A stretch of 63,448 nt of DNA, the filler included, from Octopus bimaculoides (lineage: Eukaryota): NCBI RefSeq assembly GCF_001194135.2. It is 5 parts of 5 records of this genome, joined end to end, with 100 filler letters (N's around TTAATTAATTAA, not from the genome) between each part and the next. Parts side by side here need not be neighbours in the genome. Positions count along the whole stretch, not along the records: positions 6,106 to 34,236 come from NC_068991.1; 4 more parts are not named here. One strand, written 5' to 3'. Under the pieces are notes generated by a model. It worked only from the letters and a program-made list of their open reading frames with translations. It had not been told where the DNA came from and made no database searches. The position numbers and the translations under genes were made by a program. Positions 12,209 through 28,347 of this stretch are shown in pieces. Every line of letters begins with the position of its first letter. The first letter of the stretch is position 1.

Positions 12209-12854
12209 ATTGGCCTAACCGCGGCCTCCATACGATATCAGAACCCCCTGCAACCCTTCTGGATGGTCTCCTTGTTTTAGTTGATAAACGCTGCCATAAT
12301 CTTTGCCTTCAGTTCATCTTTGGTGTCACAAGGAGTTTTATTGGTCTCTCGCTCAACTGTAACCCAAATATGAAGGGGGTTGCAATCTGGGAAGTTAAGT
12401 GGCCAGATGTTAGGAGTGATGTGGTCGCAGAAGTTGTCTGACGGCCATGAATGGATTCTCCTGCTTGTGTGGCATGGTGCAGAGTCCTATTACCAGACAT
12501 AGGGGCTTCCAGCAACCACCTTCTTGATCCAGAGCCGCACTACCTCCTCCAGGCACTTTATGTAGGCCTCCGTGTTGAGTCTGAAGCCATGTAGGAAGAT
12601 GAATGGAGGCATAACGTCGGCATCGTTAGTGATCACTCCAAACACAATGATATTGACTGGATGTTTGAATTTGATCACTCTCGGTACGTGCACTGTCCTC
12701 AGATTGACACCCAAACACACTGAAATGTTCGTATTGGAGCTACTGGCGCGAATGCCAAGCAGTACAGCATGTCGTTTCGAAATCTATGGCAGAGTGAATT
12801 GCGTCATGGTAATGTTTTTCTGACAGACGGTGCTCAAGTGACCCTACCATACTG
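12209..12854 (-). mobile_element. maT-type (DD37D) Tc1/mariner transposon, internally deleted
   Basis: Minus strand: KRHAVLLGIRASSSNTNISVCLGVNLRTV (HTH start) is joined to KFKHPVNIIVFGVITND..YVW**DSAPCH..WPLNFPDCNP. The spacing from the second Asp places the (deleted) third Asp at DD37D. Putative terminus CAGTATGGTAGGGTCA at 12854; the other end is in the gap. Confidence 0.88.
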
Positions 12855-12939
12855 TCCAGTCGATAAAATCAAAAACAAAGAATATGCATGCGGAAAATTA
12901 AAATTACAGAATGGCGACAATTTTCCGATCACAGCCTCT

Positions 12940-12979
<40 letters not shown>

Positions 12980-13474
12980 NNNNNNNNNNNNNNNNNNNNN
13001 NNNNNNNNNNNNNNNNNNNNNNNNNNNNNNNNNNNNNNNNNNNNNNNNNNNNNNNNNNNNNNNNNNNNNNNNNNNNNNNNNNNNNNNNNNNNNNNNNNNN
13101 NNNNNNNNNNNNNNNNNNNNNNNNNNNNNNNNNNNNNNNNNNNNNNNNNNNNNNNNNNNNNNNNNNNNNNNNNNNNNNNNNNNNNNNNNNNNNNNNNNNN
13201 NNNNNNNNNNNNNNNNNNNNNNNNNNNNNNNNNNNNNNNNNNNNNNNNNNNNNNNNNNNNNNNNNNNNNNNNNNNNNNNNNNNNNNNNNNNNNNNNNNNN
13301 NNNNNNNNNNNNNNNNNNNNNNNNNNNNNNNNNNNNNNNNNNNNNNNNNNNNNNNNNNNNNNNNNNNNNNNNNNNNNNNNNNNNNNNNNNNNNNNNNNNN
13401 NNNNNNNNNNNNNNNNNNNNNNNNNNNNNNNNNNNNNNNNNNNNNNNNNNNNNNNNNNNNNNNNNNNNNNNNNN

Positions 13475-13475
<1 letters not shown>

Positions 13476-13539
<64 letters not shown>

Positions 13540-13553
13540 TATTATTATTATTA
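13476..13553. repeat. (TAT)n microsatellite
   Basis: Directly visible. Confidence 0.97.
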
Positions 13554-13634
13554 GTAGTATATATGTATGCATACATAACGTATGCATGTATGGATGCATA
13601 CATCTGGGCGCATATATACCTACGCTTGGTGTAA

Positions 13635-13900
13635 GCATGACCGAGTGGTTAAAAAGTTCTCTCCAAAACCATGAGGTCGAAATTTCCATCTCAGTATGAA
13701 GCATCTTGGGAAAATGTGATCAGCCATAGCTTCAGATCGACCCATACCCTCAGAAGGAAACGAGGTTAACGGAAACTATATTGTTTGCACCTGTATATGA
13801 AAGGGCCAGCCTTGTCATTCAGTATTTCGACTCAGTTCTGCCTGGAGGTCATTTTAATGCTAGGGATTTTCGCAGAATAGTCTGTCGCTTAACACTATAA
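13635..13900 (+). mobile_element. Old tRNA-headed SINE-like relic
   Basis: GCATGACCGAGTGGTTAAAAAG (A-box-like) followed by a decayed core-like CATCTTGGGAAAATG. Highly diverged. Confidence 0.45.
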
Positions 13901-14089
13901 TTGGACGGACAGGTAATTCCGTTGATCGATTAACTGGAATTGCCATCGCCGAAAACGACGAAGGATCCATTTAGCTAATTTTTTTAAATTTTACATATGC
14001 GTGCGCTCGCGCGAGCATGTATATGCGTGTGTATGTATATGTGTGTGTGTGTGCGTATATATATATATGTGTGTGTGTGCGTATATATA

Positions 14090-14132
<43 letters not shown>

Positions 14133-14831
14133 GTCTGCTTGTGAAAGTGCGTTTATATTTGTATATGTGTGTGTGTTATTTATGCGTATATGTGTATGTG
14201 TGGGTGTGTGTGTTTGTGTTTGTGTTTGTGTGTCTGCAAGTATGTTTATATGTGTATCTGTATCTGCATTTCGTTTTATAAACGCATTCTCGAAATATAC
14301 TATTGAATATAAAAAATTTAAAAAAAGCAAGAAAGACAAACAGACAAACAAACAAACGAATAAACACAGAAAAAAAAATAGGGGATGGCACAGCATGAAA
14401 ATCTGCAGACTGCCTAGTGACAGATGTTGCCGTAATCAAGCGTACAAGCGAACAAGCCCCTTACTCAGCACTCCTAAAATGTTATTATCAACTCCCTCCC
14501 CTTACTCTTCTTTCAACGCCTGTTTCACTTCATCTTAACAACCGCCCCTACATCACCCCTTCCAATCTATAATTTTTATCTTATTTCATATCCTTATCCT
14601 GCATCGTGGAATNNNNNNNNNNTCTCTCTGTGATTTTATTCTCTCTCTCTCTCCCTTTCGTTTTCTTTCTTTCTTATATTCTCGTTAACACTTTCTCCAT
14701 TCTCACTCTATCTTATTCTGTCCCTTTCATTTTTGTTCCTTTCCCCTTTCTTCCTTTCGATGCTTGTTTCTTTCTTATTTTCTCGTTAACACTTTCCCTT
14801 TTCTGTTTCTCTCTCTTCCCCGCTCTCTTTA

Positions 14832-14901
<70 letters not shown>

Positions 14902-14954
14902 AGCTTCTGTATGTTATCTGTTCATCTTAATCTTCACGTTATTATACTCTTCCT

Positions 14955-15090
14955 GAAAGGCGGTGAAGTGCCAGAAACTGTGGAGCGCCAAACAAAAGTC
15001 AAGTGTCTTGCAGTATTTCAATTACATCATGTTTTTTGTCTCCGGGTTCGAATACTGCCGAAGTTGACTTCTGCTTTTATTTATCCATCT
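14955..15090 (+). mobile_element. Degenerate family-B SINE head
   Basis: GAAAGGCGGTGAAGTGCCAGAA..GGGTTCGAATACTGCCGAAGTTGAC resembles the 4841 copy. Confidence 0.6.
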
Positions 15091-15447
15091 GTAATGATGT
15101 AAATAATTGCTTCAAAATGATGACTTTTTGTAATCTATTACAATCGATAACAGAATTCCAACAATGATCTATTCGATTATTTAAAACAGTTGACTCGACT
15201 CACTAGCAAATTCTTCGTATTCCAGAAAGAGAAATCTCTGGCAGAAGAAAATTCAATTTTTTTTAGATAACCTTAATTGATTCAGTTACAATTAAGTATG
15301 GACAGAAAGGAATGAACGAGCAAGTCTTGTTGATAATCAGGTACAAACAGATCGCCAAACTAGAATGTTGCTACTGTATTCTCCATCCACGTGTGTAATA
15401 AAGTGAACAAGATTCACGTAATCATTCATTCCATGCACACGTAGAAT

Positions 15448-15890
15448 GCGCATATATGTGTGGCGAGAAGCTTGCGTTCCAAACACATGGTTCCAGGTTC
15501 AGTGCCACTGGGTGACACCTAGGGTAAGTGTTTTCTGATATAGCCTCGGGCCGACCAAAGCCTTGTGATTAGATTTAGTGGACGGAAACTGAAAGAAGCC
15601 CGTCATATATATGTATATATATATATATGTGTGTGTGCACGTGTGTGTGTGCGTGTGTGTGTGTGTGTGTGTGTGCATTTGTGTCTGTGTTTGTCCCCGC
15701 TCCCCCATCACCGCTTGATGGTGTGGTGTGTTGGTGTGTTTGGGTCCCCGTAACTTATAGGTTCAGCAAAAGAGACTCATAAAATAAGTATTAGGTTTAC
15801 AAAGAAAAAGTCCTGGTGTCGATTTGTTCGACTAAAAACTCTTTAAGGTGGTGCAGTCAAACGATTGAAACAAATAAAAGAATAAAAGAA
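15448..15890 (+). mobile_element. Family-A SINE, near full length
   Basis: Collinear with 61377-61776: ATGGTTCCAGGTTCAG, TAGCCTCGGGCCGACCAAAGCC, GGAAACTGAAAGAAGCCCG, internal (TA/TG)n, tail GAAACAAATAAAAGAA. Confidence 0.9.
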
Positions 15891-16189
15891 TACACACACA
15901 TACATATATGTTTGTATATATATTTATATATGTATATAGTATAATATGTATGTGTATATATATCGCAACGCCATCACACCACACCACGCTGCACCATACC
16001 ACACAACACATCACATCACAACACACCGCCACGCACACACCAGCACTGACCAATTCTCATCCCCACATTTTCACACCTACACATGCACACATGCACACGT
16101 CTAGATCACCAGCACTCTCTTACACACGCGCACCTTCGTTTTGGGATCACTACTACATTGTTATCTCCCCTTCTTAGCTCTCTTGTGTC

Positions 16190-16342
16190 CGGCATTCGCC
16201 ATGATAGATCGCTAACCACTGCACACATTTTTTCTCTCCTTGTTTTTCTCCTTGCTTCTTTCTGTGTTCCTTTCTGTGGAAGAGCGTAGGCTCGAAACGT
16301 TAAAGACATTTTCAATTCCCGAGCGTTATACTAATACATCTG
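16190..16342 (+). mobile_element. Penelope-like LTR/UTR fragment (second copy at 58872-59050)
   Basis: Two dispersed copies share TTCCTTTCTGT(G/T)GAAGAGCGTAGGCTCGAAAC..AAAGAC..CTAATACA. The repeat is certain; the PLE class is inferred from the hammerhead-like GAAGAG..CTCGAAAC layout. Confidence 0.6.
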
Positions 16343-16502
16343 TTTGTTTTCTACACCACCTGNNNNNNNNNNNNNNNNNNNNNNNNNNNNNNNNNNNNNN
16401 NNNNNNNNNNNNNNNNNNNNNNNNNNNNNNNNNNNNNNNNNNNNNNNNNNNNNNNNNNNNNNNNNNNNNNNNNNNNNNNNNNNNNNNNNNNNNNNNNNNN
16501 NN

Positions 16503-16556
<54 letters not shown>

Positions 16557-17656
16557 TCGTCACTAAAGTGACCAGCATCAGTCTTGCTAGAAACAACTCA
16601 ATACCCACAGTCACTTTAGTGACGTGTATATTTCTGCCCTTAGGTTGCAAAATTGCGAATTAGCCACCCATATTATTTATCGATGTAATCGATTAGTCCT
16701 CTCCCCCAAAATATCAGTCCTTGTGCCTTTAATAGAAAGGATTATCATTTTTATTATCTCTCCCTTCCTTTCGTTCTCTCTCTAAGTGAAAATTGACTGT
16801 TCTGGGATAGTGTGACTGAGAGTGAGAGCGAGTGAGTGTGTGTGAGAGATGAGTTGCGACTAATGTAAGTTATCCGACGATGGCACCCTATGACTCCAAC
16901 AGGAGTCGAGGGCTCAAGGAGGAAGCCATCTAATATAGTCACATATGATATTGTTATTACACAGATAAAGTTTTCAAAATGGCTGTATGCCAAACACGCT
17001 CAGGATATTGTTATTTTTCTGCTTAATATTGTGTAAAAAGCTCTGTCCGAAAAGTTATCACAATAAGCAGCTGCTCCGGATGAATGAGAAATATGACTTT
17101 AGCTCTTCCATTAAAATCTTAACGATAATGTTATTGGGAAAGGCATAAATGTCACAACTCACGTTTCTTCCATGATGTAGCCCATAAGGCTAATCTTTCA
17201 TTGACAAAAAGTTCCCAGAGCACAAAAGGTCAAACAATTGCCTCTATTAATCACGCCAGTGATATATTAGAATAAGGCGTGTCAAACCATTTATATGGCT
17301 GTGTATTTCGTTAACAGTATTTCTGTCACACTATGATGGATGTCGTCACGTCCTGTTCGACGAAAATGCCAGGAGTTCAATTCGTTCAGGACTTTACATT
17401 TTTTTTCTTTCTTTTTATTTTCCACCATCTCCAGCACCTCTTAATGTTGGAGTTTACTGCTTGTCAATTTCTACACTCTGTCCCACTCCTCATCGTGTCC
17501 CGGTGGTAAATATTGCATGACGACTGGCGATGATTTTGATGCTAACAGACAACGTATGTTGTTTGCGCATCCTAGCGAGAAAAGACGGCTGAATCAGGTA
17601 ATCACTGAAGAAGCAGCTAGTTATTCGGTTTCATTTCTGATCAGCTTCTGCTGCTG

Positions 17657-17717
<61 letters not shown>

Positions 17718-18309
17718 ATATTACGGGATAGACAATAGGTTCCGATCACTAGAAATACGGCGCAATTTGAAGCAAACCAAGTTCTGATGCAACCGACACA
17801 TTCGCAGAGAAATGTGGAAGAAATAACAGTATTGATGTAAATATTAATAATCTATTGGCTGAACCGTTCAAAATGCTGAACTATGAAATTATCTTGATAA
17901 TTCCTGTCGTAAGAGGTCCACACGGACTGGTACATTAACCGTAGGAGTAAAGCATATACAAAACAATGCAGGATGCACTCAACTTTACTCCTTAGAAGCA
18001 TATAACACATATTGGATTTTAAGACGTTTTACTGACTACATTCTATAGATATTAGTGTCCAATGGTGCGGACAATTTTCACAAAGTATACTTTACATTTA
18101 GTCCTTAAACACATAAAGCCTACGAAATGTCTATGTGGTATTGTAATGTCACGAAAAGTTTGTAAATACTGCTGCATGCAATATTGTATATATTCATAAT
18201 TATATATAACTGCAAATACTTCTGCAGGCAATCAAACCTTGTCCATACCGAGGTTCACTGGTGTTTGTTCTTCCTAATCTATTATACTATTCTGCATGCT
18301 TTTATGTAT

Positions 18310-18440
18310 ATTTATCGTTTTACTAGTTTCAGTCATCAGACAGCAGCCCTGCTGGGGCACGGCCTTGAAGAATATTTCAGTTAAATGAATTGACCCCCAC
18401 TACTTATTTTTAAAGCCTGGTGCTTATTCTATCAGTCCCT
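18310..18440 (-). mobile_element. Family-A SINE 3' tail fragment
   Basis: TTTCAGTCAT..GCTGGGGCAC..GACCCC..CTTATTCTATCAG matches the reverse complement of the tail. Confidence 0.7.
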
Positions 18441-19187
18441 CTTGTATTAAATAGTGTATAAATCGTTTTTGTTTTGACTGAAAAACTGGAGCCTATGCAC
18501 TTATTTAAGCAACATGGCCACTAGCTTTGATCCAGCTTTTAGGTTTGGAAGAGCTGTAAACTGAACAGTATTTAAAATGGGTATGAATCAATGCATTTAT
18601 AAACATTTTAAACAACATAGCTCAGGGTTTGATAGCTGTAGAATGCAAGTTATTGATCAGGTTGCAGGTAATGACGAAGGCACTAAGCAACTGCTTCTGG
18701 AGAAAGAAAATGTTTGGATTTGAGTGCTATGTAGTATTAATTCCCAAGGTATGAATGAATGACAGAACTTTAGGTTTTGCAAACTGCACGGATGACATTT
18801 ATTATTTTTTTTACTGTGAATTTCAAAAAGAAAATGCAGTGGACCCCTAAGATTAAAAAAATTGTATGGCTTGGTGGTGAGGGAGGGTAGAATACCATAT
18901 ATGATATGTTTTGTTAAGATCTTGTTCCTTTCCATATTAAAAAAAATCCCAAACTATCACATAGACGGTAGTTTTTTTCTAATAGATAGTGTTTGCAATA
19001 GACTAATAAAAGCGGTGAGAGCAAAGGAGAATAAAGTCAAGAAGAAGCACATGATAATACTTCTCATTAGTAATTCCATTGACAATATTAATTTGAATAC
19101 AGTAATTATAAGATCGTTTGCCGGTCGGTGTTACGTGCACAAATATATGTATTAGCTATAAACTTATTCGTAATATAGGTGAAAGAG

Positions 19188-19447
19188 CAATGATGCTCAA
19201 CCGGTGTCCATATGGTCCTTGGGTGGTTCATATAAGATATTTTTGTTAAGATTTATGTAAGATAAATTGGTAATACTTCTACAGTACACAAAATTTTTGA
19301 ACAAATTTTTTAATACAATTCTTAATAATATTTAATTAAAAAATCATAGTAGAATTCTTTAAATATTGAATGGCTGTGAGGACCCATCCGAATAAGATAG
19401 GAATTAAAGGGGGCCTTAGATAAAAAAAAAATGGTTGAGAAACCCTG
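19188..19447. mobile_element. hAT-type MITE (~260 bp) with 8-bp TSD
   Basis: Ends CAATGATGCTCAACC / GGTTGAGAAACCCTG (imperfect TIR of the CAGNGGTTCTCAACC type). Flanks TGAAAGAG (19180-19187) and TGATAGAG (19448-19455) match at 7/8. Confidence 0.8.
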
Positions 19448-20013
19448 TGATAGAGTGTTAAGCTAAAGCGGTTTTAGTATAAATGTAGAAAAGAACGAGA
19501 ATGTTCTGAAATGAATAAAAGTAGCTATGCTCTCAAAAAGAATATCCTTTCAATAAAGATTACGCAACAAAGGAAAAATGAAAGTAAAAAGACCAATAGG
19601 ATGCCTGTAGAGAAACAGAGCTGATGAATAATATATAATCAGGATCAAAGTTTCTAATTCTCTGGATAAACCTCTTCTCAAGTGATACCAATTTACTTTG
19701 CGTTTGTTACTGTTGTGATTTGCAGCCATTTCCTCCCGCTGTTGCTGCAGCTGATGCTAATACTGTACTAGATGCAGTGTTGGCAGCATGGGTTTTCAAT
19801 TTCATTTCTTTCCTGAACAAAGCGCATAGAATANNNNNNNNNNNNNNNNNNNNNNNNNNNNNNNNNNNNNNNNNNNNNNNNNNNNNNNNNNNNNNNNNNN
19901 NNNNNNNNNNNNNNNNNNNNNNNNNNNNNNNNNNNNNNNNNNNNNNNNNNTTTCTCTCTCTCTCTCTCTCCTTTTCTCTCTCTCTCTCTCTCTCCTTTTC
20001 TCTCTCTCTCTCT

Positions 20014-20061
<48 letters not shown>

Positions 20062-20128
20062 ATTTGTATGTCTGTCTATTTGTCTGTCTGTGTGTCCGTC
20101 TGTCTGTCTGCCTCAGTATGTGTGTCTG

Positions 20129-20189
<61 letters not shown>

Positions 20190-20632
20190 TTGTCTGTCTA
20201 GCTATCTCTCAACATATGTGTGCGTGTGTGTACGCGTGCACGTGTCTGAGTGTGAGTGTGTGATAATACATATATGCTATACATTGCCAGTTGACAGTGT
20301 ATAGTGTATATATGTTAAGTACAATGCATAGATGGCTGTTTTAATGTAATACTACTTCAATTGCATACACCAGATTTTTATACAGCCCAACGGCTATTCG
20401 TATTATTAGTGAATGTATCATTCACTGCTTCTTATATGATAAATGAATGATCTCATCTAAGCATATGATTGCCAGTACATATCATTGACAAGGCCCAAGA
20501 AGGCTGAAAAGTATCTAGTGTTCTCGCGAACTTTTCTCTCTGTCCGATATATATACATATATGTATATGTGTGTGTGTATAGATACACACATACATACAT
20601 GCATACATACATATAAACATGGGGAGACAGCT

Positions 20633-20785
20633 AGGCGCAGGAGTGGGTGTGTAGTAAGAAGCTTGCTTCCCAACTACATGGTTCCGCTGCGTGGAACCTT
20701 GGACAAGTGTCTTCTGCTATAGCCTCGGGCCAACTAAAGCCTTGCGAGTGGATTCGGCTGACGGAAAATAGAAGAAGCCCGTTGT
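20633..20785 (+). mobile_element. Family-A SINE 5' half
   Basis: AGGCGCAGGAGTGG..AAGAAGCTTGCTTCCCAAC..CCTTGGACAAGTGTCTTCTGCTATAGCCTCGGGCC. Confidence 0.88.
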
Positions 20786-21691
20786 CTGCTGGGTTCGGCT
20801 GCGCTACATCAATAAGGAGCAAACACCCTGAAACTAGTCTATAGATGCCAGACCAGCAAGGGGAAGCGGCTGGCCTCCTCTGTTCGAAGGTTTAAATGGA
20901 CACATGTTCGTGTGTCACACAGCTAGCTAGAGGTGATGGCCTCTTGGAGCTAATCAACGGCAGCATTCGTCCTATTTTTTGGACTGCCATGTTGGCTTGG
21001 CGATAACTATTAATATATATATATATANNNNNNNNNNNNNNNNNNNNNNNNNNNNNNNNNNNNNNNNNNNNNNNNNNNNNNNNNNNNNNNNNNNNNNNNN
21101 NNNNNNNNNNNNNNNNNNNNNNNNNNNNNNNNNNNNNNNNNNNNNNNNNNNNNNNNNNNNNNNNNNNNNNNNNNNNNNNNNNNNNNNNNNNNNNNNNNNN
21201 NNNNNNNNNNNNNNNNNNNNNNNNNNNNNNNNNNNNNNNNNNNNNNNNNNNNNNNNNNNNNNNNNNNNNNNNNNNNNNNNNNNNNNNNNNNNNNNNNNNN
21301 NNNNNNNNNNNNNNNNNNNNNNNNNNNNNNNNNNNNNNNNNNNNNNNNNNNNNNNNNNNNNNNNNNNNNNNNNNNNNNNNNNNNNNNNNNNNNNNNNNNN
21401 NNNNNNNNNNNNNNNNNNNNNNNNNNNNNNNNNNNNNNNNNNNNNNNNNNNNNNNNNNNNNNNNNNNNNNNNNNNNNNNNNNNNNNNNNNNNNNNNNNNN
21501 NNNNNNNNNNNNNNNNNNNNNNNNNNNNNNNNNNNNNNNNNNNNNNNNNNNNNNNNNNNNNNNNNNNNNNNNNNNNNNNNNNNNNNNNNNNNNNNNNNNN
21601 NNNNNNNNNNNNNNNNNNNNNNNNNNNNNNNNNNNNNNNNNNNNNNNNNNNNNNNNNNNNNNNNNNNNNNNAGAGAGAGAGAGAGAGAGAG

Positions 21692-21694
<3 letters not shown>

Positions 21695-21746
<52 letters not shown>

Positions 21747-21950
21747 ATGTCTGTGTTTGTTCCCCACCATCTCTTAACAACCAATGGTGGTTTGTTTACA
21801 TTCCCGTAATTTAGAGGTTCGGAAAAAGTAACCGACAGAACAAGTTTCAGGCTTTAAAAAAAAATTACTGGAGTTGATTCATTTGACTAAAGATTCCTGA
21901 AGGCGGTGTCTGAGCATGATTGCAGTCTAATGATTGAAACAAATAAATTG
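21695..21950 (+). mobile_element. Family-A SINE 3' half after (GT)n
   Basis: TGTCTGTGTTTGTTCCCCACC..GAGGTTCGG..CAGTCTAATGATTGAAACAAATAAA. Confidence 0.85.
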
Positions 21951-22278
21951 CAACAGATACGGTCACGTGCACCTGCTTATATGTGTAGGTATGTTTTTTT
22001 AATTTTTATCTTGAGTGCTTAACTCATGGTGAAGTCATACAGACTCACATATCTTAATCATTTGAAACCTGGCGAGGCCCGAATATCTCTACTTCCGATA
22101 AACACCGGATTTCTTCAAGTGGAAGCGCCAGAGAATACAAAGGTAGACAGAAGAGAGAAAGGAATATTTGTCCTCTGCACTGGATTGACGCTTCATTCAT
22201 CGATCACGTGATTCTGAAAGAATAAAAAAAAAATGTCCTCTCAGCACCAAGCGTAGGAACAACAAATACTGCATGGAA

Positions 22279-25080
<2,802 letters not shown>

Positions 25081-26407
25081 AAATTAAAGGAAAAACTGTG
25101 CTTAGATGATTTGGCGGCGAAGTAAGAAAAAAAGGTAAGAAAAAGGAAAAAAATATTTGAAAGTTGATTAAAGGAAGTCGATTCGTTGTCTTGTCTGTCT
25201 GTTGAGAAGAGAAGTAGGTGAATAGTGGGGACGGGTTCGGTGGGGGTGTTTGAGTCGGTATTGCTGATGAGAATAATGTGATTTGTGTGTTGGCGTGTTT
25301 AAGGTACGGTACTGTTGATAGTGAGAGCATGTGTGCATGAGCAGGTCGCAATAATTTTTAATGAAACGTACGCATAGATACATGCGCACGCACGCGCATG
25401 CATGCATTCGCACGTACGCATGCACACGAACGCGTGCGAACATAGACATATAGACACACGCATATTCACACACACACACACACACATATGTACTTGTGCA
25501 TACTTGCATATATTGACATATGCGAATGTATGTGTGTGCATGTGTGTGTGTGTGTGTGTAAATGTACATACATACATAATATATATACATATATAAATAT
25601 ATATAGATATATATATGCAATAAAATTAACTCAAGGACTTCTTTCTTTCCTCCTTTATTTCTTTCTTTCTTTCTTTTTTTCTTTTTTTCTTTCTTTCTTC
25701 CTTTCTTTCTTTCTTTCTTTCTTTCTTTGTTCATCAGCGATGTAGTTTTTGAAGACGTTGATATTTTGGGTGGAGAAAAAAAAAATGAAAGAAAAAGAAA
25801 ACAGAAAAAGAAAATCTAAATACACGTTAATAAATTGATGACAGATTCTTGGGGAGAGAAGTTTTGAGAAATATCTTTAGATCTGTGGCAATAAACGTGA
25901 GAGAAGGGAGAGGTGTTGAGAATGAGAAAAAGAGAAAGAGGCAGTAAGAATAAAGAGCGTGGAGAAAGAGAGAGAGGGGGGAAGAAAGAGAAAGGAAACG
26001 AAAGAACGAGAGTGGGAAGAGAGAGAGAGAGAGAGAGAGAGCGGGTGGACGGGAGAAGTGGAGGGAAAGAGAATGTATAGAATTTTATTCGTAGAGTAGG
26101 TGGGTGTAATTTTATGAAAGGCAGACTTCAAACATGATTCAAAATATCTTGGGAATGTCCGTATTTCTTATTAGCCCTAGTGAAAGGACCTACACACTAA
26201 TATTCACGAACGACAAAACGCTTATTACAGGAAAATAACACTCCTCCTCCTTTTTCTTTATCATCACACCTTGTCATCAGCGTAACTCTTAATACGAACC
26301 AGTGAGGAAGCTCTTACATGGCCGCTCTACCACCGCCACCGCCACCACCACCACCATTAACACCACCACTACTGATGCCATAGAAGGGACGAGAGTGAAC
26401 AACCTCG

Positions 26408-26679
26408 TCAGACCGAGTGCATGATACTGAATAGCTTCGCTCGGTGATCATTCACCCGAATCACTGAGCAGATATCGTACATTGTGGCAGTCCACCCGCG
26501 CAAGACAGGACCGAAACCGGCCACCCTGAGAACATTTTGTGTTAGTCCATTGACTATAGGCGTCAACCTCTTTGCTAACAACTTGGGCAAAATTCTGAAA
26601 TCTGCGTTGAACAGAGATGTAGGCCAAAATTATCAATGTGAGACCCCTTGTTTGGGGTCTCTCTCAGCATCACTGCCAC
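26408..26679 (-). mobile_element. L1/Tx1-type RT fragment
   Basis: Minus strand: VAVMLRETPNKGSHIDN then (frameshift) PTSLFNADFRILPKLLAKRLTPIVNGL. Same motif order as the 2058-3700 copy. Confidence 0.85.
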
Positions 26680-28347
26680 NNNNNNNNNNNNNNNNNNNNN
26701 NNNNNNNNNNNNNNNNNNNNNNNNNNNNNNNNNNNNNNNNNNNNNNNNNNNNNNNNNNNNNNNNNNNNNNNNNNNNNNNNNNNNNNNNNNNNNNNNNNNN
26801 NNNNNNNNNNNNNNNNNNNNNNNNNNNNNNNNNNNNNNNNNNNNNNNNNNNNNNNNNNNNNNNNNNNNNNNNNNNNNNNNNNNNNNNNNNNNNNNNNNNN
26901 NNNNNNNNNNNNNNNNNNNNNNNNNNNNNNNNNNNNNNNNNNNNNNNNNNNNNNNNNNNNNNNNNNNNNNNNNNNNNNNNNNNNNNNNNNNNNNNNNNNN
27001 NNNNNNNNNNNNNNNNNNNNNNNNNNNNNNNNNNNNNNNNNNNNNNNNNNNNNNNNNNNNNNNNNNNNNNNNNNNNNNNNNNNNNNNNNNNNNNNNNNNN
27101 NNNNNNNNNNNNNNNNNNNNNNNNNNNNNNNNNNNNNNNNNNNNNNNNNNNNNNNNAAAAATCTTGTTTACTCTTCTTCATTCTGAAGTGTTTTGGCCTT
27201 TGTGGTGGAGGTGGTGGGGTGGTTAAGAATAAAAGGCAATTCTACAGGAATTTGGAATTAAAATTTTTCCATATAAAACAGCAAACATTTTATGCTTGAA
27301 TTGTCTTCTCTGATTTTATATTGCTAACAGACATAACTACTTCAAAGAAAGAATTATTACCAACGTGAGATGCATATATAAATGGACACATATTGCATCT
27401 TTACATGCATGCCACTCACAGAGAAGACTTTTTTAAATATTTTTTAGAAAACATCCATTTTAAAAGAAAATACGTATATGTCATAATCATAATCGTTCCG
27501 CATGATTTCTTTTCAATTCACCACGTTTCAGTGAGTGTGCCATCATCTCACCAGTTATTTTGCTGATCAATTCCAAAAGGTTTGGAATTCTAAAGATTGA
27601 TTATTAGCAGCGTGTTGACATCTGTTATTTCTATATGTTGTAATTGAATTGTAGTCAACATAGCACTAAGAACCTTATGCAATAATCCATCAATCTCGAG
27701 GTTTTGGCTTTTAAGTCACCGTATCTTAAGTTCAACAATCTCCGGGGCATTATATTTTGTCAAACTTACAGTATTTTCTGACTGTATGAAACTTTGTTCC
27801 ATCTGTTAGTCATGTAGAATATTCCTCATCCATCATGCAATTAATATTCCAAAACATCATGAGGTGGTGTTTGTTCCAAATAAACGTGCTAGTCAACCCT
27901 TTTCAATTGTTTCCTGACCAACAGCGCGTCTTTCAATGAAACCAAATTAGTTTTAGCATACAGGAAATGGCACCATGGCAAATAATGGAATGTTGCAGAC
28001 ACTTCATTACAAATTGAGCTTTTGTGTTTCGCATCTCTGAAACAGGCATACATACACACTCGCAAGCAAATATGCACGCACACGCAAATACACGCACGAA
28101 CACACACACACATTTAATTTACTTGTTGAATATGTTTCATGGATCAGTCGCTTCACTGAAATATCAGATTGTTTCCCTGTCATATACAGTAAAAAATACG
28201 AGATAAAACATTTGTTTTTTTACTTTCAACCTTAATGTATATCAGTATCTTGAATACCACATTTCGACACCATTTCAAAGGGGATACCTAAAAGGTATTC
28301 GAAATGATTAAGATATTTCCAATAACTATACAATCTCAAATACGGAT

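Noticed and set aside
26639-26660. Perfect hairpin GAGACCCC-ttgttt-GGGGTCTC (terminator- or RNA-like)
   Set aside because: It lies within Tx1 RT coding remnant (LRETPNKGSH); no independent support for function.
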